From NCBI GenBank assembly GCA_965662175.1, contig CBFIGT010000001.1, positions 1 to 62,889 of the forward strand: a DNA stretch of 62,889 nt, written 5' to 3'. Below, in pieces: positions 29,765 to 39,415 of the stretch. Origin of the DNA: Arcobacter sp. (GTDB lineage Bacteria > Campylobacterota > Campylobacteria > Campylobacterales > Arcobacteraceae). The notes beneath the pieces are model-generated. The model had not been told where the DNA came from, did not search any database, and saw nothing but the letters and a program-made list of their open reading frames with translations. The translations under genes were made by a program, and so were the position numbers. The first letter of the stretch is position 1. Each line of letters opens with the position of its first letter.

Positions 29765-30832
29765 TTATAATCCACTAGCTTCCATAGCTCTTGTTTGTCC
29801 ATCAGTTATTAATGGGTCAATGATTTCATCAAAAACACCATCATTCATAATAGCATCAAGTCTATATAATGTAAGGTTAATTCTGTGGTCGCTTATTCTT
29901 CCTTGTGGATAATTATATGTTCTAATTCTTCCACTTCGGTCACCTGTACCAACTTGTTCTTTTCTGTTAGCACCTTCAGCTTCCATTTTTTCATGCATTT
30001 GAATTTCAAAAAGTCTAGCTTTAAGAACTTTCATTGCTCTATCTTTATTTTTGTGTTGAGACTTTTGGTCTTGGTTTGTTACTACTAATCCTGATGGAAT
30101 ATGTGTAATTCTAACAGCCGAGTCAGTAGTATTTACAGATTGTCCACCATTTCCACTAGCTCTCATAACATCAATTTTTAAATCATTTGGGTCAATTTGA
30201 ACATCAACATCATCAACTTCTGGCATAACAGCTACTGTAATAGCTGAAGTGTGTACTCTACCTTGAGATTCAGTTGCAGGTACTCTTTGAACTCTATGAG
30301 TACCACCTTCATATTTAAGTCTTGAGTAAACTTGGTCACCTTTGAATAAAGCTACAATCTCTTTATATCCACCAGCTTCACTCTCACTTTGGTTCATTAT
30401 CTCTACTTTCCAACCTTTTATTTCAGCATATCTTAAATATGCTCTAAAAAGGTCACCTACGAAAATAGCTGCTTCGTCTCCACCTGTTCCTGCTCTAAGC
30501 TCAATATAAATATTTTTACCATCATTAGGGTCTTTAGGAATCATAAGAACTTTGATCTCTTCTTCAATTTGAGGTTTTCTAGCCTCAAGCTCTTTTAATT
30601 CCTCTTTTGCTAATTCTGAAAGTTCAGGATCATCTAGAAGCATTTTATTCTCTTCTATATCATTTAAGACTGTAATGTACTCTCTTGATTTGTTAACGAT
30701 AGGTTCAAGGTTCGACTGCTCTTTTGAAAGCTCTGTCATTCTCTTGATATTTGATGTAATATCAGGAGAGATTAATAAGTTATTAATCTCCTCATATCTA
30801 TCAATAAATGGTTGTAATTTATCTTGTAACAT
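29765..30832 (-). CDS. prfA: Peptide chain release factor 1
   Basis: GGQ motif, PAT tripeptide in [18 protein letters not shown]. Confidence 0.97.
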   Translation of the reverse strand: MLQDKLQPFIDRYEEINNLLISPDITSNIKRMTELSKEQSNLEPIVNKSREYITVLNDIEENKMLLDDPELSELAKEELKELEARKPQIEEEIKVLMIPKDPNDGKNIYIELRAGTGGDEAAIFVGDLFRAYLRYAEIKGWKVEIMNQSESEAGGYKEIVALFKGDQVYSRLKYEGGTHRVQRVPATESQGRVHTSAITVAVMPEVDDVDVQIDPNDLKIDVMRASGNGGQSVNTTDSAVRITHIPSGLVVTNQDQKSQHKNKDRAMKVLKARLFEIQMHEKMEAEGANRKEQVGTGDRSGRIRTYNYPQGRISDHRINLTLYRLDAIMNDGVFDEIIDPLITDGQTRAMEASGL

Positions 30833-30897
30833 ATATTTGTAGTATTATTGGCAAATAAAAAAAATTAACTACCATGTTTAATGATAGTAAACTTTTA

Positions 30898-31158
30898 TTA
30901 TAATGCGTTAACTTTTACTTGTAATCTACTAACTTTTCTAGCAGCATTCCCTTTTTTAAGGATACCTTTTGCAATACAGTGGTGAATGTATTTGTTAGCT
31001 GTTTTCATTGCTTCACTTGCTTTTTCTTTGTCATTTAATTCAACTGCAGATAGTACATCTTTAGTTACATTTTTGATTCTTGTTTTGTAAAATCTGTTTC
31101 TCTCAGTTTTAACAATAGTTTGCTTAGCTCTTTTAGCTGAAGATTTATGGTTTGCCAT
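30898..31158 (-). CDS. rpsT: 30S ribosomal protein S20
   Basis: MANHKSSAKR, AARKVSRL. Confidence 0.97.
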   Translation of the reverse strand: MANHKSSAKRAKQTIVKTERNRFYKTRIKNVTKDVLSAVELNDKEKASEAMKTANKYIHHCIAKGILKKGNAARKVSRLQVKVNAL

Positions 31159-31253
31159 TTTATTTTAACCTCTTTATAATTTTTTTAAGGCTAGAATGTT
31201 AGCAAAACAACTTTAAAGTTAGTTTAAATTAAGTTTAATTTTAGGATTTTTCA

Positions 31254-32588
31254 ATGAAACTATTTGGAACAGATGGAGTTAGAGGGGAAGCGGGTTCATT
31301 TTTAGATGCAATGACTGTAATGAAACTTGCTATGGCTGCTGGAATATATTTCAGAAAACACTCATCAACTAATAAAATATTAGTGGGAAAAGATACAAGA
31401 AGAAGCGGATATATGATTGAAAATGCTCTTGTATCAGGACTTACAGCTGTTGGATATGATGTAATTCAAATAGGTCCAATGCCAACACCTGCAATTGCTT
31501 ATTTAACAGAGAGTATGAGATGTGATGCAGGTATTATGATTTCAGCTTCACATAATCCATTTGGAGATAATGGAATTAAATTTTTTGATAATCATGGAAA
31601 TAAGTTGGGAACTTCATGTGAAAAAGCTATTGAAGATATATTTTTTGATAATGATTTAAGACTTACTGGACTTAAAACAGGTAAAGAAATAGGTGCTTCA
31701 AAAAGAATTGATGATGTAATTGGTAGATATATTGTTTCAATTAAAAGCTCATTTCCAAGAGATTTAACACTAAATGGAATAAGAGTAGTTTTAGATTGTG
31801 CAAATGGTGCTGCATATAAAGTTGCTCCTACAGTTTTAGAAGAGTTAGGTGCTGAAGTATTTACTATAAATGCACAACCAAATGGTTACAATATTAATGA
31901 TAATTGTGGTGCAATGCATCCTGAAAATGTTGGAAAACTTGTTAAAAAAGTGAGAGCTGATATTGGTTTGGCACTTGATGGTGATGCGGATAGATTAGTT
32001 GTTATTGATGAAAAAGGTGAAATAGTTGATGGAGATAAGCTTTTAGGTGCTTTATGTACATATTTAAATGATAAAAAACTTCTAAAAGGTAATGCTTGTG
32101 TTGCTACTGTTATGAGTAATAAAGCATTAGAAGATTATTTAGCAAAATCTAAACTAAAATTAAATAGAACAGATGTTGGTGATAAGAATGTTCTTGAAAA
32201 TATGCATAAAAACAATATTAACTTTGGTGGTGAGCAAAGTGGTCACATAATATTTGGTGATGTTGCTAAAACAGGTGATGGATTAGCCTCAGCACTTCAA
32301 GTCTTAGCATATGTAATTGAAAGTGGTAAAAAAGCTAGTGTTGCACTTAATGTATTTGATTTATATCCACAAATTCTTAAAAATTTAAAAGTAAGTGAAA
32401 AAATTCCTTTAGATAAAATTGAGGGATTAAAAGAGCTTCAAGCTGAAGTTAAAGCAAAAGGAATGAGAGAATTAATTAGATACTCAGGAACAGAAAATAA
32501 ATTAAGAGTGCTACTTGAGGGAAAAGATAAAAAACTTGTAAATGAGTATATGGACAAATTAGTGGAATTTTTCAAAAAAGCACTATGA
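31254..32588 (+). CDS. glmM: Phosphoglucosamine mutase
   Basis: [34 protein letters not shown]. Confidence 0.97.
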   Translation: MKLFGTDGVRGEAGSFLDAMTVMKLAMAAGIYFRKHSSTNKILVGKDTRRSGYMIENALVSGLTAVGYDVIQIGPMPTPAIAYLTESMRCDAGIMISASHNPFGDNGIKFFDNHGNKLGTSCEKAIEDIFFDNDLRLTGLKTGKEIGASKRIDDVIGRYIVSIKSSFPRDLTLNGIRVVLDCANGAAYKVAPTVLEELGAEVFTINAQPNGYNINDNCGAMHPENVGKLVKKVRADIGLALDGDADRLVVIDEKGEIVDGDKLLGALCTYLNDKKLLKGNACVATVMSNKALEDYLAKSKLKLNRTDVGDKNVLENMHKNNINFGGEQSGHIIFGDVAKTGDGLASALQVLAYVIESGKKASVALNVFDLYPQILKNLKVSEKIPLDKIEGLKELQAEVKAKGMRELIRYSGTENKLRVLLEGKDKKLVNEYMDKLVEFFKKAL

Positions 32589-33046
32589 TTCAAAAGTTAA
32601 AATTATCTTTTTATATATTTATTACTTTAGTAATAATAGACCAATTTATTAAATATGGATTTGTATATTTAGGTTTTGGAGTTGAGGGTTCTTGTATATC
32701 CTTAGTTCTTGCATATAATTATGGTGTTGCATTCTCTATGTTCTCTTTTTTGCAGGAGTATTTGAAGTTTATACAACTAACAATTATTGCTGGGATACTT
32801 ATTTATTTGTATTTTAATAAAGAGGTTTTTTTAAACTATTATCTTCCCGTTTCAATTTTATTAGCGGGTGGATTATCAAATATTTTAGATAGATTTACTT
32901 ATGGTGCTGTTGTTGATTATGTATATTGGCACTGTGGTTTTGATTTTGCAATATTTAATTTTGCGGATGTAATTATTGATATTGCAGTTGTATTGATTTT
33001 ATATAAACAGTACAAAGAGTATAAAGAAGATAAAAAGAGAGCTTAA
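32585..33046 (+). CDS. lspA: Lipoprotein signal peptidase
   Basis: NYGVAFS, SNILDR, VVDY, FNFAD. Confidence 0.95.
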   Translation: MIQKLKLSFYIFITLVIIDQFIKYGFVYLGFGVEGSCISLVLAYNYGVAFSMFSFLQEYLKFIQLTIIAGILIYLYFNKEVFLNYYLPVSILLAGGLSNILDRFTYGAVVDYVYWHCGFDFAIFNFADVIIDIAVVLILYKQYKEYKEDKKRA

Positions 33047-33125
33047 GGGCTTTTTTGAAAGCTAAACAGATTTTAGCTATAATCCAGAAAATTAAAAAAG
33101 AAAAGTTAAATAAAGAGAGAAAAAT

Positions 33126-34406
33126 ATGGGTCAAACTATAACAGAAAAAATATTTAGTGAACACGTAGGACGAAAAGTATATGCAGGTGAAATTGTAAGA
33201 AGTCCAATTGATATGGTAATTGGAAATGATATTACAACTCCAATTTCTATTAGAGCATTTGAAGAGGGTGGTTTTGAAAAACTTGCTAATCCAGATGGTT
33301 TTGCAATAGTACTTGATCACTTTATTCCAGCAAAAGATATAGCATCAGCAAATCAAGCAAAAATCTCTAGAGATTTTGCTTTAAAACATGACTTAAAATA
33401 TTTCTTTGATGAAAAAGATATGGGAATTGAGCATGCACTTTTACCTGAAAAAGGTTTAGTATTACCAGGTGATGTTATTATTGGTGCTGATTCACATACA
33501 TGTACTCATGGTGGATTAGGTGCATTTTCTACTGGTATGGGAAGTACAGATATTTCATTTGGTATGATTACAGGTGGTAACTGGTTTAAAGTTCCTGAAG
33601 CTATAAAAGTAGTATTTAATGGAAAACCAGCTGATCAAATTACTGGAAAAGATTTAATTTTAGAGATTATTAGAATCTTAGGTGTTGATGGAGCTTTATA
33701 TAAAACTTTAGAGTTTACAGGTGAAGCAATACAATATCTATCTATGGATGATAGATTCTCTTTATGTAATATGGCTATTGAGGCAGGTGCTAAAAATGGT
33801 ATTGTTGCATATGATGAAGTAACAAAAGAGTTTTTAGACCAAACAGCTGAATTAAACGGTGGATTAAGAGCAGAACCTAAAATTCACTATAGTGATGAAG
33901 ATGCTGTTTATACACAAGTTATTGAAATAGATACAGATAAATTAGAGCCTGTAATTGCATATCCATTTTTACCATCAAATGGACACTCAGTTTCACAAGC
34001 AGTTGCTGATGAGATTAAAGTTGACCAAATCTTTATTGGAAGCTGTACAAATGGAAGATTATCTGATTTTAAAGTAGCAGCTGAAATCTTAAAAGGTAAA
34101 AAAGTTGCACGTCATGCAAGACTTATTTTAACTCCAGGAACGCAAAAAATTCTAAGAGATGCTACAAAATTAGGATATATTGATATTTTAGTTGATGCAG
34201 GTGGAGTTGTTTCAAATCCTACATGTGGAGCTTGTTTAGGTGGATATATGGGGATTTTAGGTGATGATGAGGTTTGTATCTCTACAACAAATAGAAACTT
34301 TGTTGGAAGAATGGGATCAAGAAGCTCAAAAATCTATTTAGCAAATAGTGCAGTTGCAGCAGCAAGTGCAATTACAGGATATATTACAGACCCAAGAGGT
34401 TTATAA
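33126..34406 (+). CDS. leuC: 3-isopropylmalate dehydratase large subunit (short LeuC/HacA type)
   Basis: GADSHTCT, IGSCTNGR, CGACLG, STTNRNF.GRMG. Confidence 0.9.
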   Translation: MGQTITEKIFSEHVGRKVYAGEIVRSPIDMVIGNDITTPISIRAFEEGGFEKLANPDGFAIVLDHFIPAKDIASANQAKISRDFALKHDLKYFFDEKDMGIEHALLPEKGLVLPGDVIIGADSHTCTHGGLGAFSTGMGSTDISFGMITGGNWFKVPEAIKVVFNGKPADQITGKDLILEIIRILGVDGALYKTLEFTGEAIQYLSMDDRFSLCNMAIEAGAKNGIVAYDEVTKEFLDQTAELNGGLRAEPKIHYSDEDAVYTQVIEIDTDKLEPVIAYPFLPSNGHSVSQAVADEIKVDQIFIGSCTNGRLSDFKVAAEILKGKKVARHARLILTPGTQKILRDATKLGYIDILVDAGGVVSNPTCGACLGGYMGILGDDEVCISTTNRNFVGRMGSRSSKIYLANSAVAAASAITGYITDPRGL

Positions 34407-35008
34407 TGCAAAACCAACCACAATTTGATATACCTTGCGTAATTCTTTGTGGTGGGAAAAGCTCACGAATGGGAGAAGATAAAGCTCTTCTTCCTTTTTC
34501 TAACTACAAAACACTTACTCAATTTCAATTTGAAAGACTAAAACCTTACTTTAAAAATATCTATTTATCTTCTAAAACAAATAAGTTTGATTTTCTCAAA
34601 GATAGTGAGAATCACAAGGATGAAAATATAATTTATGATAATACAAATGAAGAGAGTTCACCTTTAATTGCCCTAAAATCTATACTTGAAAGAGAAAACT
34701 TAACAGAAGCTTTTATTATAACAGTAGATACTCCATTTGTAAAAATAAGCTCAATTAATAAGTTAATAACTAATAGTTCATCTTATGATATTACAATAGC
34801 AACAACCCAAAGAGAGCATAATTTATGTGGAGTTTATAATAAGTCTTGCTTATGTTTTATTAATAAAATGATTGAAGAAAATAACCATAAAGTGGGTTAT
34901 TTATTAAAAAATCTCAAAACCAACAAAATAAACTTTTCTGATGAAAATGAGTTTTTAAATTTAAATAAAAAAGAGGACTACAAAAAAGCAATAAATCTCA
35001 TAAGCTGA
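34406..35008 (+). CDS. mobA: Molybdenum cofactor guanylyltransferase
   Basis: ILCGGKSSRMGEDKALL, VDTPF, FLNLN. Confidence 0.9.
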   Translation: MQNQPQFDIPCVILCGGKSSRMGEDKALLPFSNYKTLTQFQFERLKPYFKNIYLSSKTNKFDFLKDSENHKDENIIYDNTNEESSPLIALKSILERENLTEAFIITVDTPFVKISSINKLITNSSSYDITIATTQREHNLCGVYNKSCLCFINKMIEENNHKVGYLLKNLKTNKINFSDENEFLNLNKKEDYKKAINLIS

Positions 35009-35103
35009 ATTAATATTAATTATTAAATAATTTAAGACTAAATTAAGTATCTTGTTATTTCTAATTAGCTATTCTTACACCATAATAAAAATAAAAAGGT
35101 AAT

Positions 35104-36582
35104 ATGATGAATAAAGAACTTCATAACTCTTTAGAAATTTTGGATAGAGAGTTAAAGAAACAAGGAATTTCTAGAAGAGATGCTTTAAAATTAGCAGGAC
35201 TTGGTTCGTGCGCTTTTTTGATGAATCCAACTGAGGCTAGTGCCGCAACACAAGCAAAAGCAAGTGAGGCTAAAGGTAAAATAGTTATTGTTGGTGGAGG
35301 ACTTGCGGGTATTGCAACAGCTGCAAAACTATCAGCTGATTTATCAAACGCTGATATTACTGTAATAGAGCCAAATCCTATTTCTGTTTCATACCAACCA
35401 GGACAAACATTAGTGGCAGCTGGTGTTTGGGAAAAAAGTGATATTGTTTATAATACAAGTGACTTTGTTCCAAATGGTGTAAAAATGATTGCTGATAAAG
35501 TTGTAGAGTTTGACCCTGAAGCTAATAAAGTTAAGACTGAAAAAGGTCAAACAATTTCATATGATTTTTTAATAATAGCAACAGGTTTAGTTTTAGATTA
35601 TGGTGCAATTGAGGGACTAGATGGAGTTGGATTATCATCTGAAGCAAATCCTTTAGTATCTCAAAAAGTAGGTAAAAATGGAGTTCATTCTATTTATTAT
35701 GCTGATGGTGCTGTAAATACTTGGAAAGGAATTCAAGATTTAATTAGTGAAGCTAAAACTGGAAAAAATCTAAAAGCACTATTTACACACCCTGACACAC
35801 CAATTAAGTGTGGTGGAGCTCCTAAAAAAATCATGTATTTAACTCATGCAAGATTAAGAGATGCTGGAGTTAGAGAAAATGTAGAAATGACTTTCTTACC
35901 AAATGGTAGCACTATGTTTGGCGTTAAAGAGTATCATGAAGCTATTGTAAAACAGTTTGAAGCTAGAGATATGAAATGGGAATATAAAAACAATTTAATA
36001 GGTGTTGATACTACAAAAAAAGTAGCAACATTTGAGAAAAAATGGCTTGAAAAAGGTGAATGGGATAAAGATTTAGAAGAGTATGAAATGATTCCTATGA
36101 GCAAAAAAGTTGAAAGAGAGTATGACTTTCTTCATGTAACACCACCAATGAGAGCTCCTGATGCTGTAAAAGATTCAATCTTAGCTTGGCAAAAAGGTAG
36201 TGCTTCAAAAGGTGGATGGGTAGAATTAAACAAAGAGACTCTACAACATACAAGATATCCAAATGTATTTGGACTTGGTGATGTGGCTGGTATTGCTATG
36301 GGTAAAACAGGTGGAAGTGCTAGAAAACAATATAGAGTTTTAGTTGAAAACCTAATCTCTTATATGGAAGGTAAAGATTTAACAGCTAAATATGCTGGAT
36401 ATACTGTTTGTCCTTTAATTACTGATATTGGTAAAGTTATGTTAGCTGAGTTTAACTGGACAGCTAAACCAACACCATCTTTCCCACTTGACCCATCACA
36501 AGAGAGATATATTTGGTGGCTATTAAAAGTTTATGCATTAAAACCGATGACTATATATGGAATGTTATCAGGTAAAGCCTAA
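35104..36582 (+). CDS. Tat-exported sulfide:quinone oxidoreductase-like flavoprotein (type II SQR-like)
   Basis: SRRDALKL Tat motif; GGGLAG FAD motif; IKCGGAPKK and YTVCPL catalytic Cys motifs; VFGLGD; C-terminal amphipathic helix. Confidence 0.85.
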   Translation: MMNKELHNSLEILDRELKKQGISRRDALKLAGLGSCAFLMNPTEASAATQAKASEAKGKIVIVGGGLAGIATAAKLSADLSNADITVIEPNPISVSYQPGQTLVAAGVWEKSDIVYNTSDFVPNGVKMIADKVVEFDPEANKVKTEKGQTISYDFLIIATGLVLDYGAIEGLDGVGLSSEANPLVSQKVGKNGVHSIYYADGAVNTWKGIQDLISEAKTGKNLKALFTHPDTPIKCGGAPKKIMYLTHARLRDAGVRENVEMTFLPNGSTMFGVKEYHEAIVKQFEARDMKWEYKNNLIGVDTTKKVATFEKKWLEKGEWDKDLEEYEMIPMSKKVEREYDFLHVTPPMRAPDAVKDSILAWQKGSASKGGWVELNKETLQHTRYPNVFGLGDVAGIAMGKTGGSARKQYRVLVENLISYMEGKDLTAKYAGYTVCPLITDIGKVMLAEFNWTAKPTPSFPLDPSQERYIWWLLKVYALKPMTIYGMLSGKA

Positions 36583-36593
36583 AAGAGTATAGT

Positions 36594-37166
36594 TTGAAAA
36601 CTTTAATTTTAACTAGTCTACTTTTATCATCAACTCTTTTTCTACAAGCTCAAGAATTAAGCTTGGAAAAAGTTGAAAGCATAGCTACAAAAACTAGTTC
36701 AGATTTAGACTCAAAATTAAAAAAAGAGTTAAAAAAAGCTAAAAGAGCAAATGATTTAGAGGGTATGACAACTTTTTGTGTTGATGAATCTAGAAAATTA
36801 ATTGAGCAGTTCAATAAAGAGCTTGATTCAAATATATCAATTAAAAGAGTTAGTTTAAATAGCAGAAATAAAAAAGCTGAAGCCCTAAAAGATGAAGAGT
36901 CAATTTTAAAAGCTTTTGAGTTAATTCAAAAATCAGATGCTTATTTACCAAAACAAATTGTTCAACTAGTTGATGAAAATAAATATAAAGTATACACACC
37001 TATACAAATGAAGAGTAGAGATTGCAAGAAGTGTCATGGGATTAATAATAAAGTAAATATTGAAACTAAAAAAAGGTTTACAGAAGTTTATAAAAATGAC
37101 AATGGATATGGATATAAGAGTGGAGATGTAAGAGGTGCTTACATTACTACCATTTCTTCAAAGTAA
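36594..37166 (+). CDS. Exported monoheme cytochrome c (DUF3365/Tll0287-like)
   Basis: Signal peptide; IKRVSLNSRN, CKKCHG, GYKSGDVRGA. Confidence 0.82.
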   Translation: MKTLILTSLLLSSTLFLQAQELSLEKVESIATKTSSDLDSKLKKELKKAKRANDLEGMTTFCVDESRKLIEQFNKELDSNISIKRVSLNSRNKKAEALKDEESILKAFELIQKSDAYLPKQIVQLVDENKYKVYTPIQMKSRDCKKCHGINNKVNIETKKRFTEVYKNDNGYGYKSGDVRGAYITTISSK

Positions 37167-37181
37167 TAAAAAGGAATTCAG

Positions 37182-37844
37182 ATGCAAGTAAGAAAAATAA
37201 CTTTATTAAGTTTTTTAGCAGGAACTTTAGCTTTAAATCTTAGCGCAGCAAATATGGAATATTCAAATTCTGAAATTTATTCTAAAATGTGTTCAAAATG
37301 TCATGGACTAAATGGTGAGGGAAATCCTGCTAAAAAGGGTCCCTCTTTAAATGATATGTCAGCCCATGAATTAGAGATTAGTTTGTTTGATTTAAAAAGT
37401 GGTGGCTTAAATCAATCTTCAGGTACAGAGCATGATATTATGGAACATAATATGCAGAAAATTATTGAAAAAGGGATGGATTATGATGTAAAATCAATGT
37501 CTGATTATATTTTTACATCATTTAATCCAGATGCAGCATATTATACTAAAATAGATAAAAATGAAAAATATACAGTATCTGAGATTTACTCTAAAATGTG
37601 TTCAAAATGTCATGGACTAAATGGTGAGGGAAATCCAAAGAAAAAAGGTCCAGCTATTAATGAGATGACAGCCCATGAATTAGAAAGAGAGTTACTTGAT
37701 ATTCAAAGTGGTGGCCTAAATCAATCTTCAGGTACACAGCATGATGTAATGGAGCATAATCAAGCAAAAATATCTGAAAAAGGTATGGATTATGATGCAA
37801 AAGAGATGGCAAAATATATAGAAGAACATTTCTATAAAAACTAA
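37182..37844 (+). CDS. Periplasmic diheme cytochrome c with two near-identical domains
   Basis: Signal peptide; CSKCH twice, 103 aa apart. Confidence 0.9.
   Translation: MQVRKITLLSFLAGTLALNLSAANMEYSNSEIYSKMCSKCHGLNGEGNPAKKGPSLNDMSAHELEISLFDLKSGGLNQSSGTEHDIMEHNMQKIIEKGMDYDVKSMSDYIFTSFNPDAAYYTKIDKNEKYTVSEIYSKMCSKCHGLNGEGNPKKKGPAINEMTAHELERELLDIQSGGLNQSSGTQHDVMEHNQAKISEKGMDYDAKEMAKYIEEHFYKN
37281..37636 (+). repeat. Intragenic direct repeat, 309 bp period, with a 47 bp identical core
   Basis: 37281-37327 identical to 37590-37636. Confidence 0.9.
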
Positions 37845-37862
37845 TAATTAAGGTTGTGAAAA

Positions 37863-38096
37863 TTGAGACGATTTAAAAGTGAATTACTATTTTTTATTTT
37901 TCTATTTATTGTATCTTCAATAATAGTACATAATAGTGTATGGATAACAAATCCAATTGGACACTTTAATGCTCTTTTTTCTCATCCAATGCCTTATCAT
38001 CCTTTAATATATGTAGCTTTGATATATATATTATTTGGGGTGATTAGAGTTGTTTTTTATTTAGTAAAAAAAATATTTACTAAAACTACTAAATAA
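37863..38096 (+). CDS. Small 2-TM membrane protein with His-rich loop
   Basis: TTG start with AAGG RBS; two hydrophobic helices; H..W..NP..H...L..H...YHP. Confidence 0.7.
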   Translation: MRRFKSELLFFIFLFIVSSIIVHNSVWITNPIGHFNALFSHPMPYHPLIYVALIYILFGVIRVVFYLVKKIFTKTTK

Positions 38097-38134
38097 TTTT
38101 AAAAAAAACTGAAAAACTGAACGAATAGTCATAC

Positions 38135-39271
38135 ATGGAACATATAAAATATAAAACCTATGTTTGGTCTTTTTTAGGAAGATTAAGCCATTGGTTATTA
38201 GTAAGCTCTTTTATTCTTTGCTATATTAGCTCTTTTTATGAAGAACTACTAACACTACATGTTTCTTTGGGAATTATTGCATTTGGGATGTTTATAAAAA
38301 AAATCGTTTGGGGTTTAATAGGTCCAAAATATGCAAGATGGAGTGATTATCATTTTGCATTAAAAGATTTAAAGTTCTATTTTGTAGAAAAAATAAGAAA
38401 TAGATATAGGGAGATACCAGCAGGACACAATCCAGCCTCTTCATGGTTTGCTTTTTTAGTAACATGGATTGGAATATTTTGTTGTATGATTGGGTATATT
38501 TTATATGGAATTCAAGAAGGGAATGGATTTTTATCTTTTTTAAATAAAGAGCATTATGATTTAATGTATTTATATGAAGATATCCATATAATACTAGCTT
38601 ATATACTAATTATAATGATTTTAACACATGTAACAGGTGTTTTGATAGAGCAATTTTACCATAAAACACAGATGTTTTTTGCAATGGTTACAGGATATAA
38701 AAGAGCAAAAGGAAAAGATATTGTACCTACATTTTGTATGAGGGTATATGGCTCTATTTATATAGTATTTGTTTTTCTTTTTGCTATTTATACTTATATT
38801 ACTCCAAATAATTTTATTATAAAAGATAGTTTTGAAAAGGTAGATTATAAGGCCTTAAATGAAGATTTTTATTATGAGTGTTCTGATTGTCATAATCTCT
38901 TTCCTCCATATTTACTTCCTAAAAAATCTTGGGATAAACTATTACTTGAACAAAATAAACACTTTGATGAAAAATTAGATTTAGATGAAGAGACTATTTT
39001 ATCAATAAAAGATTTTTTAGAATTATACTCAGCAAATAACTCTACAAATGAGGCTGCATTTAAAATAAAAAATGAAATAAAAGATTCAGATAATTATATA
39101 ATAACAAAAACAGACTACTGGAAAGAGACCCATAAAAATATCCCTAAAGAAGTTTTTACAAATAATAAGGTAGAAACAAAATCAAATTGTGCTGCTTGCC
39201 ATAAAGATTTTGAGAAGGGAATTCTCTCAGATAATAATATAGTATATCCAAACTATATAATCAAAAAGTAA
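38135..39271 (+). CDS. Cytochrome b (4-TM) fused to diheme cytochrome c (DHC-like)
   Basis: RLSHW, GHNP, TM His residues; ECSDCH...PPYLLP..SW...HF and SNCAACH. Confidence 0.87.
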   Translation: MEHIKYKTYVWSFLGRLSHWLLVSSFILCYISSFYEELLTLHVSLGIIAFGMFIKKIVWGLIGPKYARWSDYHFALKDLKFYFVEKIRNRYREIPAGHNPASSWFAFLVTWIGIFCCMIGYILYGIQEGNGFLSFLNKEHYDLMYLYEDIHIILAYILIIMILTHVTGVLIEQFYHKTQMFFAMVTGYKRAKGKDIVPTFCMRVYGSIYIVFVFLFAIYTYITPNNFIIKDSFEKVDYKALNEDFYYECSDCHNLFPPYLLPKKSWDKLLLEQNKHFDEKLDLDEETILSIKDFLELYSANNSTNEAAFKIKNEIKDSDNYIITKTDYWKETHKNIPKEVFTNNKVETKSNCAACHKDFEKGILSDNNIVYPNYIIKK

Positions 39272-39317
39272 TAATTTATACTTATACTAAATAAATAAAA
39301 TAAATTTATTAAAATTA

Positions 39318-39369
39318 TATGAATGTATATTCATAAATAAGTTTTATTTATAAAAGATTATGATAAAAT
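39318..39369 (+). promoter_or_regulatory. Palindromic operator and extended -10 upstream of the molybdoenzyme operon
   Basis: TATGAAT-GTAT-ATTCATA at 39318-39335; TGATAAAAT at 39361-39369. Confidence 0.5.
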
Positions 39370-39415
39370 TTTACTATTAGTTATAAGAAATAAGTTTAAA
39401 TTAAGAGGAGAAAAG

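Noticed and set aside
33126-34406. leuC without adjacent leuD
   Set aside because: Dispersed biosynthetic genes are usual in this lineage; not evidence of a new function
35020-35050. TTAA(G/C) repeats with ~11 bp period upstream of the SQR-like, barrel and 3-Cys genes as a shared regulon motif
   Set aside because: Similar periodic TTAA tracts occur at housekeeping promoters (rplM, glmM) and the spacing to the -10 is inconsistent
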